DNA from: Patescibacteria group bacterium AH-259-L05
Lineage (GTDB): Bacteria; Patescibacteriota; Patescibacteriia; UBA2591; UBA6264
Direction of reading: 5' to 3'
Assembly: GCA_027717985.1 (NCBI GenBank)
Contig: JALLOO010000001.1
Coordinates: 16,534-80,533 of the forward strand
DNA: 64,000 bases
This document shows positions 1 to 9,542 of the stretch, one piece after another; position 1 is the first letter of the stretch; each line of letters starts with the position of its first letter. The notes beneath the pieces were generated by a model. The model was given only the letters and a program-made list of their open reading frames with translations, did not search any database and had not been told where the DNA came from. Position numbers and translations under genes: made by a program.

Positions 1-2
1 AC

Positions 3-662
3 TACAACACTCTTTTTAGTGTTCTTTGCTATCACAATGCAGATATTCAGTATTGTGATAATTGTCATAACAGTGAAAAACTTTTTGGTTGTGTGGGTGT
101 GAAAAAAGGAAGCTATATGATTTTGAATAAAACATATTCAAAAGAGGAATATAAAGAATTAAAAAAACGTATTATCGAACACATGAGGCGCACGGGTGAG
201 TATGGTGAATTTTTCCCTGTCAAGATTTCTTTGTGGGGGTATAATGAAACACAAGGGCAGGTATATATGCCCTTGAAAAAAGCAGAGGTTCTTGCCAGGG
301 GATGGAAATGGGAGGATAAGATGCCAGGCGCGTTTGGCAAAGAAACAATTCAGCCAAAAGATATACCTGATAATATTAAAGATGTGGATGACTCGATCTT
401 GAAACACGTTTTGAAATGCACGGCAACAGGACAAAATTACAATATTATCCCAAGTGAGCTGCAATTTTATCAACAAAATACTATTCCTCTTCCTCGCCTT
501 CATCCTGAAGAGCGGTACCGCAGACGCTTAAAACTTCGTCCGGGTCGTAAACTCTATAAAAGAAAGTGTGCCAAAACAGGCAAGGAAATTCTTACAGCCT
601 ACGCACCTGAACGGTCTGAGATAGTTTATTCTGAAGAAGCATATAAAGAGACAGTGCTATGA
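3..662 (+). CDS. Cys-rich zinc-ribbon array protein, copy 1 (5' end cut by window edge; about 220 C-terminal aa present)
   Basis: Frame 3 is open from the window start: YNTLFSVLCYHNADIQYCDNCHNSEKLFGCVGVKKGSYMILNKTYSKEEY. This matches the conserved LFGCxGLxxKxYCILNKQYxKEEY block of copies 2-12, so the ORF-track Met at 93 is internal. The stop overlaps the next start (ATGA at 659-662). The C-terminal ribbons have lost their Cys ligands (RLHPEER, VYSEEAY). Confidence 0.85.
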   Translation, partial: YNTLFSVLCYHNADIQYCDNCHNSEKLFGCVGVKKGSYMILNKTYSKEEYKELKKRIIEHMRRTGEYGEFFPVKISLWGYNETQGQVYMPLKKAEVLARGWKWEDKMPGAFGKETIQPKDIPDNIKDVDDSILKHVLKCTATGQNYNIIPSELQFYQQNTIPLPRLHPEERYRRRLKLRPGRKLYKRKCAKTGKEILTAYAPERSEIVYSEEAYKETVL

Positions 663-2437
663 ATCAACAAACAAAAACATGTCAGAGTTGCAAAAATCGG
701 TTCATTATTGAACCAGATGATTTTGATTTTTATGAGAAGATCAAGGTGCCTGCGCCGACCTTTTGTCCTGAATGTCGATTGCAACGGCGGCTTATGTGGC
801 GTAATGAGCGAGGTTTATATAAATATTCATGTAATCTATGTAAAAAAGATAAGATTGGGGAGATTGACGCGACCTCACAATATACTGTGTACTGTAAAGA
901 TTGTTGGTGGTCTGATAAATGGGATCCTATGAAATATGGCAGGGCGTATGATTTTAGTAAACCATTTTTTGAGCAGTTTTATGAATTTTTCAAAGTAGTA
1001 CCCCGTTCGGGGACCGCGCATCAGGGGACAATGGTAAATAGTGAGTATACCAACAGGACAAGTAATTTAAAAAATTGCTACCTTATTTTCGGCAGCAATT
1101 TTAATGAAAATTGTTTATATGGTACGTGGTTTAATGATTCCAAGGATTGTGTTGATGGATTGGCAGTACAGAAATCAGAACGGTGTTATGAATGTATTGA
1201 TTGTTTTGGGTGCTATGACTTAGCGTATTCGCAAGAATGCACTAATTGTAGCAGCTCGGCCTTTCTTTTTGATTGCCGTAATTGCGATAATTGTTTTGGC
1301 TGCGTAAATTTGAGAAATAAATCATATTGTGTTTTTAATAAGCAGTATAGCAAGGAAAAATATCAAGAATTAGTAAAACAATTTGATTTGGGAAGTACAT
1401 TAATGATCGAGAGTCTTAGTCTAAAAGCCCGATCCCATGCGCTGCGCTATATTGTCCCCGCGCTTGTCCAGCGTCACAGTCGTGATGTTTCAGGCAATTG
1501 GTTTGAGGAGTGCAAAAATATTAAAGCTGGCTTTAGCTGTCGAAAAGTAGAAGACGGTAGGTATTTATTTGCATTGGTGGAGGCAAAAGATGTAATGGAT
1601 TATAGTTTTTTTGGGCGCACTACTGAGATGATTTATGATTCAGTAAATATTGGATATCAATGCTCTCAAATTTATTTTAGTAATGAATTATGGGATCAAG
1701 TAATTAATGCTCAGTATTCAATAAGTTGTCATTCTTCTTCTTATCTTTTTGGCTGTGTTGGTTTAAGAAAAAGACAATACTGCATTTTAAACAAACAATA
1801 TACAAAAGAAGAATATGAAGAACTGGTCCCCAAAATTATCCAACATATGAATGATATGCCGTACAAGGATAAAAAGGGCAGAGTGTATACATACGGAGAG
1901 TTTTTTCCTGTAGAATTATCTCCGTTTGCATATAATGAAACACTCGCACAAGAATATTTACCCTTAACAAAAGAGCAGGCAGTAAAACAAGGCTATATAT
2001 GGAAAGGTGCAGAAAAAAGAGATTATGAGATTACGATTAAGTCAGAAGATCTTCCGGATCATATTAAAGACATAACAGATGATATTTTAAATTCTGTTAT
2101 TGGCTGTGAACATCAAGGGAAGTGCAATGAACAATGTACAAACGCTTTTAAAATTATTTCAGACGAATTTCAATTTTATCAAAAAATGAATTTGTCATTG
2201 CCACGATTATGTCCCAATTGTCGCCATTACCAGCGCCTACAACAACGTAATCCATTAAAGCTTTGGCATAGACAGTGTCAATGTGCAGGAGAGCAGTCTG
2301 ACAATAAAGTATACAAAAATACTATAGATCACTTTCATAAGCAATCTCATTGCCCGAATGAATTTGAAACATCATATACACCTGAGAGAAAAGAGATTGT
2401 ATATTGTGAAAAGTGTTACCAATCCGAAGTAGTTTAA
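659..2437 (+). CDS. Cys-rich zinc-ribbon array protein, copy 2 (592 aa)
   Basis: Full ORF. N-term TKTCQSCKNRFIIEPDDFDFYEKIKVPAPTFCPECR followed by CNLC-x17-CKDC. Central 12-residue Cys repeats and LFGCVGLRKRQYCILNKQYTKEEY. C-term CPNCRHYQR...HCPNEFETSYTPERKEIVYCEKCYQSEVV. ATGA overlap with copy 1. Confidence 0.9.
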   Translation: MNQQTKTCQSCKNRFIIEPDDFDFYEKIKVPAPTFCPECRLQRRLMWRNERGLYKYSCNLCKKDKIGEIDATSQYTVYCKDCWWSDKWDPMKYGRAYDFSKPFFEQFYEFFKVVPRSGTAHQGTMVNSEYTNRTSNLKNCYLIFGSNFNENCLYGTWFNDSKDCVDGLAVQKSERCYECIDCFGCYDLAYSQECTNCSSSAFLFDCRNCDNCFGCVNLRNKSYCVFNKQYSKEKYQELVKQFDLGSTLMIESLSLKARSHALRYIVPALVQRHSRDVSGNWFEECKNIKAGFSCRKVEDGRYLFALVEAKDVMDYSFFGRTTEMIYDSVNIGYQCSQIYFSNELWDQVINAQYSISCHSSSYLFGCVGLRKRQYCILNKQYTKEEYEELVPKIIQHMNDMPYKDKKGRVYTYGEFFPVELSPFAYNETLAQEYLPLTKEQAVKQGYIWKGAEKRDYEITIKSEDLPDHIKDITDDILNSVIGCEHQGKCNEQCTNAFKIISDEFQFYQKMNLSLPRLCPNCRHYQRLQQRNPLKLWHRQCQCAGEQSDNKVYKNTIDHFHKQSHCPNEFETSYTPERKEIVYCEKCYQSEVV

Positions 2438-2441
2438 TTTT

Positions 2442-4217
2442 ATGAAACAAGAAACTAAAACTTGTCAAAATTGCAAACAACAGTTCGTAATTGAACCTGA
2501 CGATTTTGATTTTTATGAGAAAATGAAGGTGCCTGCGCCAGAGTCATGTCCTGATTGCAGGTCCCAAGAGAGATCAGCATTTCGTAATGAAAGCATTTTT
2601 TATAAAAGAAAGTGTGATGCGAGTGTTAAGCAAATAATCTCAATCTATTCACAGGATAAACCATTTATAGTATATGATCAAAAATATTGGTGGTCTGATA
2701 CATGGGATCCCATGGAATATGGAAGAGCGTATGATTTTAACAAATCATTTTTTGCTCAATTTAAAGAGTTATTTTTACAAGTTCCCCGTCTATCCATTAT
2801 TAATAAGCAAAGTGTAAACAGTGATTATTGTAATTATTCTTTAGAGAATAAAAATTGTTATCTTTGTTTTGGCGGTCATTATAATGAGAATTGTGCGTAT
2901 TGCTGGTATAATTGGCAGGATAAGGATTGCTATGATTGTTTAGAGGTAATTAAAAGTGAATTATGCTATCAAGGAAATTTTGGTGACAAATTATATAAAT
3001 GTGCTTTTTTTGAATATTGTTTTGATTGCGTTGATTGTTATTTTAGCTATAACTTGCGCGGATGTCAGAATTGTTTTTTATGTACAAATTTGCGCACCAA
3101 ACAATATTATTTTTTAAATCAACCTTGTAGTAAAGATGAATATGTTAAAAAAGTATCATCATTTTTAAATGGGCAATACAAGAGCGTAGGGCGCGCTCTT
3201 GATATATTCCAAAAACTTAAAACAGAGACAATTAGAGATCCCGTATATCAGAAAAATTGTGTGCGGTGCATTGGTTCAGATTTAGAAAATTGTAAAAACA
3301 TTCAGCACGGGTTTAATGTTGAATATAGTGAAGATTGTAAATACGCATACCATAAAATTACTCAAACGTATTCATCAATGGATATTAATAAGATGGGGTA
3401 TGATCGATCAGATTATTGCTACCAAACCATTGGATGCGCTGGTTTAAATAATTGTACATTTTGCGATTCATGCTGGAACAATAGCGATCTTATGTATTGC
3501 AATTTGTGTTTTTCCTCAAGCAATTTATTTGGTTGTATAGGATTGAAACATAAACAATACTGCATTTTAAATAAACAATATAGTAAACAAGAGTACGAAA
3601 CATTAGTTCCCAAAATCATTCAACACATGAATGATATGCCGTATAAAGATAAGAAGGATAGGGTGTACAAGTATGGCAAATTTTTTCCGCCAGAATTATC
3701 TCCGTTTGCGTACAATGAAACAACAGCGCAAGAATATTTTCCTTTGTCCGCCGAAGCTGCAGCGAAGGCGGGCTATCAGTGGAAGGCGCCTGAATCAAGA
3801 GATTATGAGATTACCAAAAAGCCAGAAGACTTGCCTGATACCATACATAATGTTGATGGCTCTATTTGCGATGAGGTCATTGGATGTCAGCATCAAGGCA
3901 AGTGTGAGGAACAGTGCATTACGGCCTTTAAAATCATCCCAGATGAACTCCAGTTTTATAAAAGGATGAATCTTCCGTTGCCGCGTCTTTGTCATAACTG
4001 TCGTCATCATCAACGACGTAAACAACGTAATCCAACAAAATTATGGCATCGAAAATGCCAGTGCGCTGGCGAGAAATCAGATAATAAAGTATATACCAAT
4101 ACAGTCAAACACGTTCACGGTACTAATCACTGTCCGAATGAATTTGAAACTACGTATTCCCCTGAGAGAAAAGAGGTTGTGTACTGCAAAAAATGTTATC
4201 AAAACGAAGTGGTTTAA
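2442..4217 (+). CDS. Cys-rich zinc-ribbon array protein, copy 3 (591 aa)
   Basis: Same architecture as copy 2 and starts 4 nt after the copy 2 stop. The second N-terminal ribbon keeps its scaffold but has lost 3 of 4 Cys (KCDASVKQIISIYSQDKPFIVYDQKYWWSD). Confidence 0.9.
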   Translation: MKQETKTCQNCKQQFVIEPDDFDFYEKMKVPAPESCPDCRSQERSAFRNESIFYKRKCDASVKQIISIYSQDKPFIVYDQKYWWSDTWDPMEYGRAYDFNKSFFAQFKELFLQVPRLSIINKQSVNSDYCNYSLENKNCYLCFGGHYNENCAYCWYNWQDKDCYDCLEVIKSELCYQGNFGDKLYKCAFFEYCFDCVDCYFSYNLRGCQNCFLCTNLRTKQYYFLNQPCSKDEYVKKVSSFLNGQYKSVGRALDIFQKLKTETIRDPVYQKNCVRCIGSDLENCKNIQHGFNVEYSEDCKYAYHKITQTYSSMDINKMGYDRSDYCYQTIGCAGLNNCTFCDSCWNNSDLMYCNLCFSSSNLFGCIGLKHKQYCILNKQYSKQEYETLVPKIIQHMNDMPYKDKKDRVYKYGKFFPPELSPFAYNETTAQEYFPLSAEAAAKAGYQWKAPESRDYEITKKPEDLPDTIHNVDGSICDEVIGCQHQGKCEEQCITAFKIIPDELQFYKRMNLPLPRLCHNCRHHQRRKQRNPTKLWHRKCQCAGEKSDNKVYTNTVKHVHGTNHCPNEFETTYSPERKEVVYCKKCYQNEVV

Positions 4218-4221
4218 TTTT

Positions 4222-5883
4222 ATGAGTCAAGAAGAAAAAATATGTCAAAACTGTGATCAACAGTTCGTAATTGAACCTGATGATTTTGTATTCTATGAAA
4301 AATTCAAGGTACCGCCACCAGGTTTATGCCCAGATTGCCGCATGAAGAGAAAGCTTGTGTGGCGCAATGAACGAACTCTATATAACAGAACGTGCGATTT
4401 ATGTAAACGTCCTGTAATCACTATGTTTCATCCGAAAGCGCCCTATGTCGTATATTGTCAGGATTGCTATGCCTCTGACGCGTGGGATCCATATGCATTT
4501 GGCGTGCTGTATGATAAGAAGCGTCCTTTTCTCGAGCAGCTCCACGGTTTAATACACAAGACCCCTAATCAGGCGGTGTATACCAATGTAGGAACCAATG
4601 TTAATTCAGAATACCAAAATTTTGCAGGATATAATAAAAATTGCTACCTCGTGTTTAATTCTGGTAACAGTGAAGAATGCCGCTACTCCAGAGGACTCCG
4701 TCATTGCGAAGAAACAACTGATTGTTATTTTGCGATAAAATCAGAGAATTGCTATGAGTGTATAAATGCTGAGGGAAGTTATAGCGTACGCTGGGGGCAG
4801 AATGTAGTTGGCTGTCTTGATTCATGGTTTTTACTCAATTGTCGGAATTGTCAGAATTGTTTTGGATGTGTCAATTTGTATAACAAGAAGTATCATTTTT
4901 TTAATGAACCAGTTTCAAAAGAAGCGTATAAGAAGCGTATTGCAGAAATACGAGGGAGTTATACAAAAATTCAAGAATCAGGGAAAAAATTTGAACAGTT
5001 ATCCTTGCAGTTTCCGCGCAGACAAGATAACAATATAAAATCAGTTAATTCTGAAGGTGACTACATTTTTGAATCAAAAAATTGTAAGCAGTGTTTTGAG
5101 GCTACCCAATGCGAAGATTGCAAGTTCGGTTTTGCAATAAAAGCAACAAAAGATTCGTATGATTGTGTTGGCTATGGCTACAGCTCTGAGCTTTTATTAG
5201 AAACAGTAGCTGTTGGCTACTCATATAACGTTATTGCAAGTTGGGGAGGGAGGGCATTGAGGAATGTGGAGTATAGCCTTAAGCTCGAGGACTGCGAGAA
5301 TTGTTTTGGCTGTGATGGATTGCGTAATGCACAATACTGTATTTTAAATAGACAATACAGCAAAGACGAATATGAGAAATTAAGAAAGCATATTATTGAT
5401 GAACTTATCCAGCGCGGGCAGTATGGAATTTTTTTCCCGCCTTCCATGTCGTTCTTTGCGTACAACGAAACGTTGGCACAGGAAAATTATCCCTTGTCTA
5501 AAAAGGAGGCAATTGCGCAAGGATTTCGTTGGGAAGATGATATTCCCAGAACGAGAGATCAAGAAACGATGTCGTTAGAGCAAATACCTGATCATATTAA
5601 AGATGTTGATGATAGCATTCTTCAGGGAGTTTTGAAATGTGTAAGCTGTGGCTACAACTATCGTTTAATTCGTTCTGAGCTTGAATTTTATAGGAAGATG
5701 TTGATTCCTGTTCCACGTAAATGTTTTAATTGTCGCCACCTTGATCGCTTACGCCGCCGTGGCCCACTCAAATTATATGCACGTACGTGTGATAAGTGTG
5801 GCACAGCCATCCAAACAATCTACGATCCAGAGCGAAAAGAGATTGTGTATTGTGAAAAGTGTTATCAACAAGAAGTCGTATAA
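4222..5883 (+). CDS. Cys-rich zinc-ribbon array protein, copy 4 (553 aa)
   Basis: Start moved to ATG 4222 because MSQEEKICQNCDQQFVIEPDDF aligns with the other N-termini. The ORF-track start at 4138 lies inside copy 3. Short C-terminal form with an intact CDKC-x17-CEKC ribbon. Confidence 0.88.
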   Translation: MSQEEKICQNCDQQFVIEPDDFVFYEKFKVPPPGLCPDCRMKRKLVWRNERTLYNRTCDLCKRPVITMFHPKAPYVVYCQDCYASDAWDPYAFGVLYDKKRPFLEQLHGLIHKTPNQAVYTNVGTNVNSEYQNFAGYNKNCYLVFNSGNSEECRYSRGLRHCEETTDCYFAIKSENCYECINAEGSYSVRWGQNVVGCLDSWFLLNCRNCQNCFGCVNLYNKKYHFFNEPVSKEAYKKRIAEIRGSYTKIQESGKKFEQLSLQFPRRQDNNIKSVNSEGDYIFESKNCKQCFEATQCEDCKFGFAIKATKDSYDCVGYGYSSELLLETVAVGYSYNVIASWGGRALRNVEYSLKLEDCENCFGCDGLRNAQYCILNRQYSKDEYEKLRKHIIDELIQRGQYGIFFPPSMSFFAYNETLAQENYPLSKKEAIAQGFRWEDDIPRTRDQETMSLEQIPDHIKDVDDSILQGVLKCVSCGYNYRLIRSELEFYRKMLIPVPRKCFNCRHLDRLRRRGPLKLYARTCDKCGTAIQTIYDPERKEIVYCEKCYQQEVV

Positions 5884-5892
5884 TTTCCCCTT

Positions 5893-5970
5893 TGTCATTC
5901 CGCACTCTCTTGTCATTCCGCACTCTCTTGTCATTCCGCACTTCGTGCGGAATGACAAAAAAAGAATGAC
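5893..5970. repeat. Family-A repeat cluster: three tandem TGTCATTCCGCAC half-sites, the third closing into a 12-bp hairpin
   Basis: tgtcattccgcactctct occurs twice (5893-5910, 5911-5928). It is followed by gtcattccgcac-ttcg-gtgcggaatgac (5930-5957) and an extra agaatgacaaag. The cluster fills the only long gap (99 nt) in the paralog array. Confidence 0.85.
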
Positions 5971-5982
5971 AAAGCAAACAAT

Positions 5983-7791
5983 ATGTCTCAATCAGAAACA
6001 AAAATATGTCAAAATTGTAAACAACAGTTCATAATTGAACCTGATGATTTTGATTTTTATGAAAAAATTCAGGTGCCTCCACCAACGTTTTGTCCCCAGT
6101 GTAGGATGACGAGGCGAATGATGTATTACATCAATGTCTTTTGTCGGATATATAAACGAGTTTGTGATGCTACAGGCAAAGAATTAATTTCTATTTATCC
6201 ATCTAATACTCCCTATCCAGTTTATGATAGGCTATATTGGTTCTCCGACAACTGGGATTCTTTAGTTTATGGCAAAGAGTATGATTTTTTAAAACCGTTT
6301 TTTGTTCAATTGAACGAGCTTCAAAAACAGGTGCCGCGTTATCATACGTACAATGTTAACTCAATAAATTGTGAGTATTGCGCCGCTGTCACTAATTCTA
6401 GAAATTGTTACATGAGCTCAGGTTTCGGAAGTGAAGATTGTATATTTTCTATTGTAGTAAAAAGTAAAAGGTGTGTTGATTCATGGTTTGTTACTGAATG
6501 TGAGCTTTGCTATTTTTGTAATAATTGCGATCGTTGTTACAAGGTTTTGTTTAGTCAATATGCTGACCATTGTATAGAGTCGGCCTTTTTGTATAACTGC
6601 GTAAATTGTTCGTATTGTTTTGGCTGCGTAAATTTAAAAAATAAATCCTACCATATTTTTAATAACCCTTATACTCAGAAGGACTATTTTAAAAAGCTGG
6701 ACGAACTTGAAATGGGTAGTTTTAATGAAATTTTAAAATTAAAAGAAAGATTTGAGGGATTAAAGTTAAATTCGCCCCACCGTTTTGCAAAAGTTGTAAA
6801 TTCTCTAAACGTTACGGGCGATAGAATCCGTAATACAAAAAATTGTTTCAATTGCTTTGAAACATATGGTGTTGAAGATTGCCGCTATGCCACTCTTGTT
6901 GGTTTGGGGATTAGTGATAGTTATGATGTATTTGACGCTGGTTCTAAATCATCGCTGCTCTATGAGGGAAGCGGTTGTAGTAGGGGTCTTTCGAGGTCAG
7001 CATTCAATAATTGGATAACGGGCGAGGGCTTGGGAGTGTATTATTCCGATATTTGTATTGGCTCCTCTCACCTTTTTGGCTGTGTGGGTTTGTGTTATAA
7101 ATCCTATTGCATTCTCAATAAACAGTATTCAAAACAAGAATATGAAAAGCTCGTGCCTCAAATCATTCAACACATGAATGACATGCCCTACATTGATAAG
7201 AAAGGAAGAGTATATAAATATGGTGAATTTTTCCCTGCAGAATTAAGCCCCTTTGCCTACAACGAAACCATTGCGCAAGAATATTTTCCTTTAACAAAAC
7301 AACAAGCAATAGAGCAAGGATATAGGTGGAAAGCCCCAGATACTAAAAATTACAAAATACAAATTCCAAATGACAAATTACCCGACCATATTAAGGACGT
7401 TGGTGATGACATTATTGGCAAGACTATTCAGTGCGCCCATGCAGGTATCAGCGATAATCTGCGTTTATCCGCGTCCTGCAATGAGCAATGTACAACCGCG
7501 TTTAAATTTATTCCTGACGAATTACAATTTTATAAAAAAATGAATTTACCTTTGCCCAGATTATGTCCAAATTGCCGTCATTACCAACGTTTAAAACAGC
7601 GCAATCCCTTAAAACTCTGGCATCGCACCTGCCAATGTGCGGGAGAAAAATCTGATGACAAAGTATATCAAAATACGATCAAACATTTTCACGGCACCAA
7701 TCATTGCCCGAATGAATTTGAAACAACGTATTCTCCAAACCGCCCTGAGATTGTATATTGTGAAAAATGTTATCAAAATGAAGTCGTATGA
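5983..7791 (+). CDS. Cys-rich zinc-ribbon array protein, copy 5 (602 aa)
   Basis: MSQSETKICQNCKQQFIIEPDDFDFYEKIQVPPPTFCPQCR ... VYCEKCYQNEVV. Extra insert (GISDNLRLSAS) in the C-terminal module. The second N-terminal ribbon has decayed (VCDATGKELISIYPSNTPYPVYDRLYWFSD). Confidence 0.9.
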   Translation: MSQSETKICQNCKQQFIIEPDDFDFYEKIQVPPPTFCPQCRMTRRMMYYINVFCRIYKRVCDATGKELISIYPSNTPYPVYDRLYWFSDNWDSLVYGKEYDFLKPFFVQLNELQKQVPRYHTYNVNSINCEYCAAVTNSRNCYMSSGFGSEDCIFSIVVKSKRCVDSWFVTECELCYFCNNCDRCYKVLFSQYADHCIESAFLYNCVNCSYCFGCVNLKNKSYHIFNNPYTQKDYFKKLDELEMGSFNEILKLKERFEGLKLNSPHRFAKVVNSLNVTGDRIRNTKNCFNCFETYGVEDCRYATLVGLGISDSYDVFDAGSKSSLLYEGSGCSRGLSRSAFNNWITGEGLGVYYSDICIGSSHLFGCVGLCYKSYCILNKQYSKQEYEKLVPQIIQHMNDMPYIDKKGRVYKYGEFFPAELSPFAYNETIAQEYFPLTKQQAIEQGYRWKAPDTKNYKIQIPNDKLPDHIKDVGDDIIGKTIQCAHAGISDNLRLSASCNEQCTTAFKFIPDELQFYKKMNLPLPRLCPNCRHYQRLKQRNPLKLWHRTCQCAGEKSDDKVYQNTIKHFHGTNHCPNEFETTYSPNRPEIVYCEKCYQNEVV

Positions 7792-9542
7792 AATCTGAAA
7801 ACAAAACATGTCAGAACTGTAAACAACAGTTCATTATTGAACCGGACGACTTTAATTTTTATAAAAAAATGGATGTGTCACTGCCGACGTTTTGTCCGCA
7901 ATGTCGATATCAAAGAAGATTGGCAAATCGAAATGAGTGGCATCTTTATCAACGGACCTGCGATTTTACTGGAGAAATTATTGTATCAATCTATCGCGAC
8001 GAAGCGCCTTTTCCCGTTTATAAGCAAGATGTATGGAAATCAGATAAATGGGATGCGGTAACGTACGGCCGAGAGTTTGACTTTTCCCGTCCATTTTTTG
8101 AACAATTTAAAGAGCTTCGTGATGTTGTCCCACATCTTGCACTTGTTAACTCCAATAGTGTGAATTCCCAATATTCAAACCAATCTCAAGATAATAAAGA
8201 TTGCTATATGGTCTCGGCAACCGGAGACAGTGAAAAGTGTATGTATGGTAATTGGTATCAACTTGGATGTTACCTTTGTGCTGACTGCTATAACCTCGAA
8301 GCATGTGAGCTATGCTATGAATGTTTAAACTGTGCCCGCTGCTTCTCATGTGCCTTTTCTCAAGATTGTTATGATTGTTCGTATGCGTATTTTTCCAAAG
8401 ACTGCAGGGGGTGTGACAGTGTATTTGGTTGTATTGGTCTCCGTAATAAAAAATATTGTTTCTTTAATAAACAGCTTTCTAAAGAAGAGTACCAGAAAAG
8501 AGTTCAATCCTTTTCGTGGTCGCATGAAGCTATTACGAAAGTAAGAAAAACGGCACGAAAACTCTGGATGTCATCTCCATACAAATTTTATCATGGCAAT
8601 AAAAATAAAAATTCATCCGGTGATTATCTTGAAAGTACTAAAAGTACTCGTTTGAGTTTTAACTGCCGTCATAACGAAGATACTGCCTATCTTCAGGATG
8701 CGTGGCAGATAAAGGATTGTCTTGATATGACTGAGATTTTAGATGCTGAGCTTTCATATGAAACTCAAGGATGTGCACATCTTAATCGTTGTGTTGGGCT
8801 AAGAAGTTGTTGGACACTGACTGACTGTTATTATTGCGATCTTTGTTTTACCGGCAGCTACCTTTTCGGATGCATGGGCCTCAAACAAAAGCAATATTGT
8901 ATTCTTAATAAACAGTATTTGAAAGAAGAATATTTTGATTTGCGAGATAAAATTATTTCTCATATGAAACGTACCGGGGAGTGGGGAGAATTTTTTCCAT
9001 CAGACATGTCTCCCTTTGCATATAATGAGTCAGTGCTTCAAGATTACTTTCCACTTACCCAAAAAGAGGCGCAACAAAAGGGATATACATGGTATAACAG
9101 AGGAAGCCGTGATTATAAGATAGATATGATCGGATCTCAACTGCCGAGAACTATACAAGAAGTTAATCAAAAAGTTTTGCATGCGACGATTCAGTGCGTG
9201 ACGCAAGAGGACAGTAAGACGAAAAAGAAGTACCCGTTATGTACTACCGCATTCAAGTTTACATCACTTGAGCTCACGTTTTATAAAAAAATGAACCTCC
9301 CGTTGCCTCGAAAATGTTTTCCGTGTCGAAGGCAGGATCGATTTGCACTACGAAATCCTCGAAAACTTTGGCATCGCGCCTGCCAATGTATAGGAGAGAG
9401 ATCTAATAACAAAGTATATACTAATGCTGCCAAACATTTCCACGGTTCAGACCATTGCCCGAGCGAGTTTGAAACTACGTATTCACCAGAGCGAAAAGAG
9501 GTTGTGTACTGTGAAAAATGTTATCAACAAGAGGTCGCATGA
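7788..9542 (+). CDS. Cys-rich zinc-ribbon array protein, copy 6 (584 aa)
   Basis: ATGA overlap with copy 5. MKSENKTCQNCKQQFIIEPDDFNFYKKMDVSLPTFCPQCR ... VYCEKCYQQEVA. Short-loop subtype (SHMKRTGEWGEFFP). Confidence 0.9.
   Translation: MKSENKTCQNCKQQFIIEPDDFNFYKKMDVSLPTFCPQCRYQRRLANRNEWHLYQRTCDFTGEIIVSIYRDEAPFPVYKQDVWKSDKWDAVTYGREFDFSRPFFEQFKELRDVVPHLALVNSNSVNSQYSNQSQDNKDCYMVSATGDSEKCMYGNWYQLGCYLCADCYNLEACELCYECLNCARCFSCAFSQDCYDCSYAYFSKDCRGCDSVFGCIGLRNKKYCFFNKQLSKEEYQKRVQSFSWSHEAITKVRKTARKLWMSSPYKFYHGNKNKNSSGDYLESTKSTRLSFNCRHNEDTAYLQDAWQIKDCLDMTEILDAELSYETQGCAHLNRCVGLRSCWTLTDCYYCDLCFTGSYLFGCMGLKQKQYCILNKQYLKEEYFDLRDKIISHMKRTGEWGEFFPSDMSPFAYNESVLQDYFPLTQKEAQQKGYTWYNRGSRDYKIDMIGSQLPRTIQEVNQKVLHATIQCVTQEDSKTKKKYPLCTTAFKFTSLELTFYKKMNLPLPRKCFPCRRQDRFALRNPRKLWHRACQCIGERSNNKVYTNAAKHFHGSDHCPSEFETTYSPERKEVVYCEKCYQQEVA

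Noticed and set aside
708-932. An alternative-frame ORF recurs at the same relative position in copies 2, 6 and 11 (708-932, 7837-8061, 16568-16852), beginning MN(Q/R)(M/T)(I/T)L....
   Set aside because: It arises from the highly conserved nucleotide block ATTGAACCnGATGATTTTGATTTTTATGA. The frame is closed in the other nine copies and uses a TTG pseudo-start in copy 2. It is most likely a by-product and not an overprinted gene.
4138-4221. Longer ORF-track N-terminal extensions (4138, 9518, 11302, 39145, 49502, 50074, 56506, 56868, 58713, 33978, 33379, 43672, 63322).
   Set aside because: The extensions overlap the preceding gene or add residues absent from homologs. Internal starts restore the family-typical N-termini (e.g. 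MCGIV for GlmS, MTDPIADMLTRIRNA for S8) and usually have an SD or an ATGA overlap.
5893-5957. A possible mini-CRISPR array (three direct repeats).
   Set aside because: The repeats are 18 nt long and directly abutting with no spacers. No cas genes are present, and the same motif occurs singly elsewhere as a hairpin element.
5741-6034. ORFs spanning the copy 4/5 gap that encode repetitive peptides (VIPHSLVIPHSLVIPH on plus; RVRNDKRVRNDK and ECGMTRECGMT on minus).
   Set aside because: The peptide repeats are simply translations of the tandem DNA repeat and hairpin. The ORFs have no start context, and their plus-strand part overlaps the end of copy 4 and the start of copy 5.
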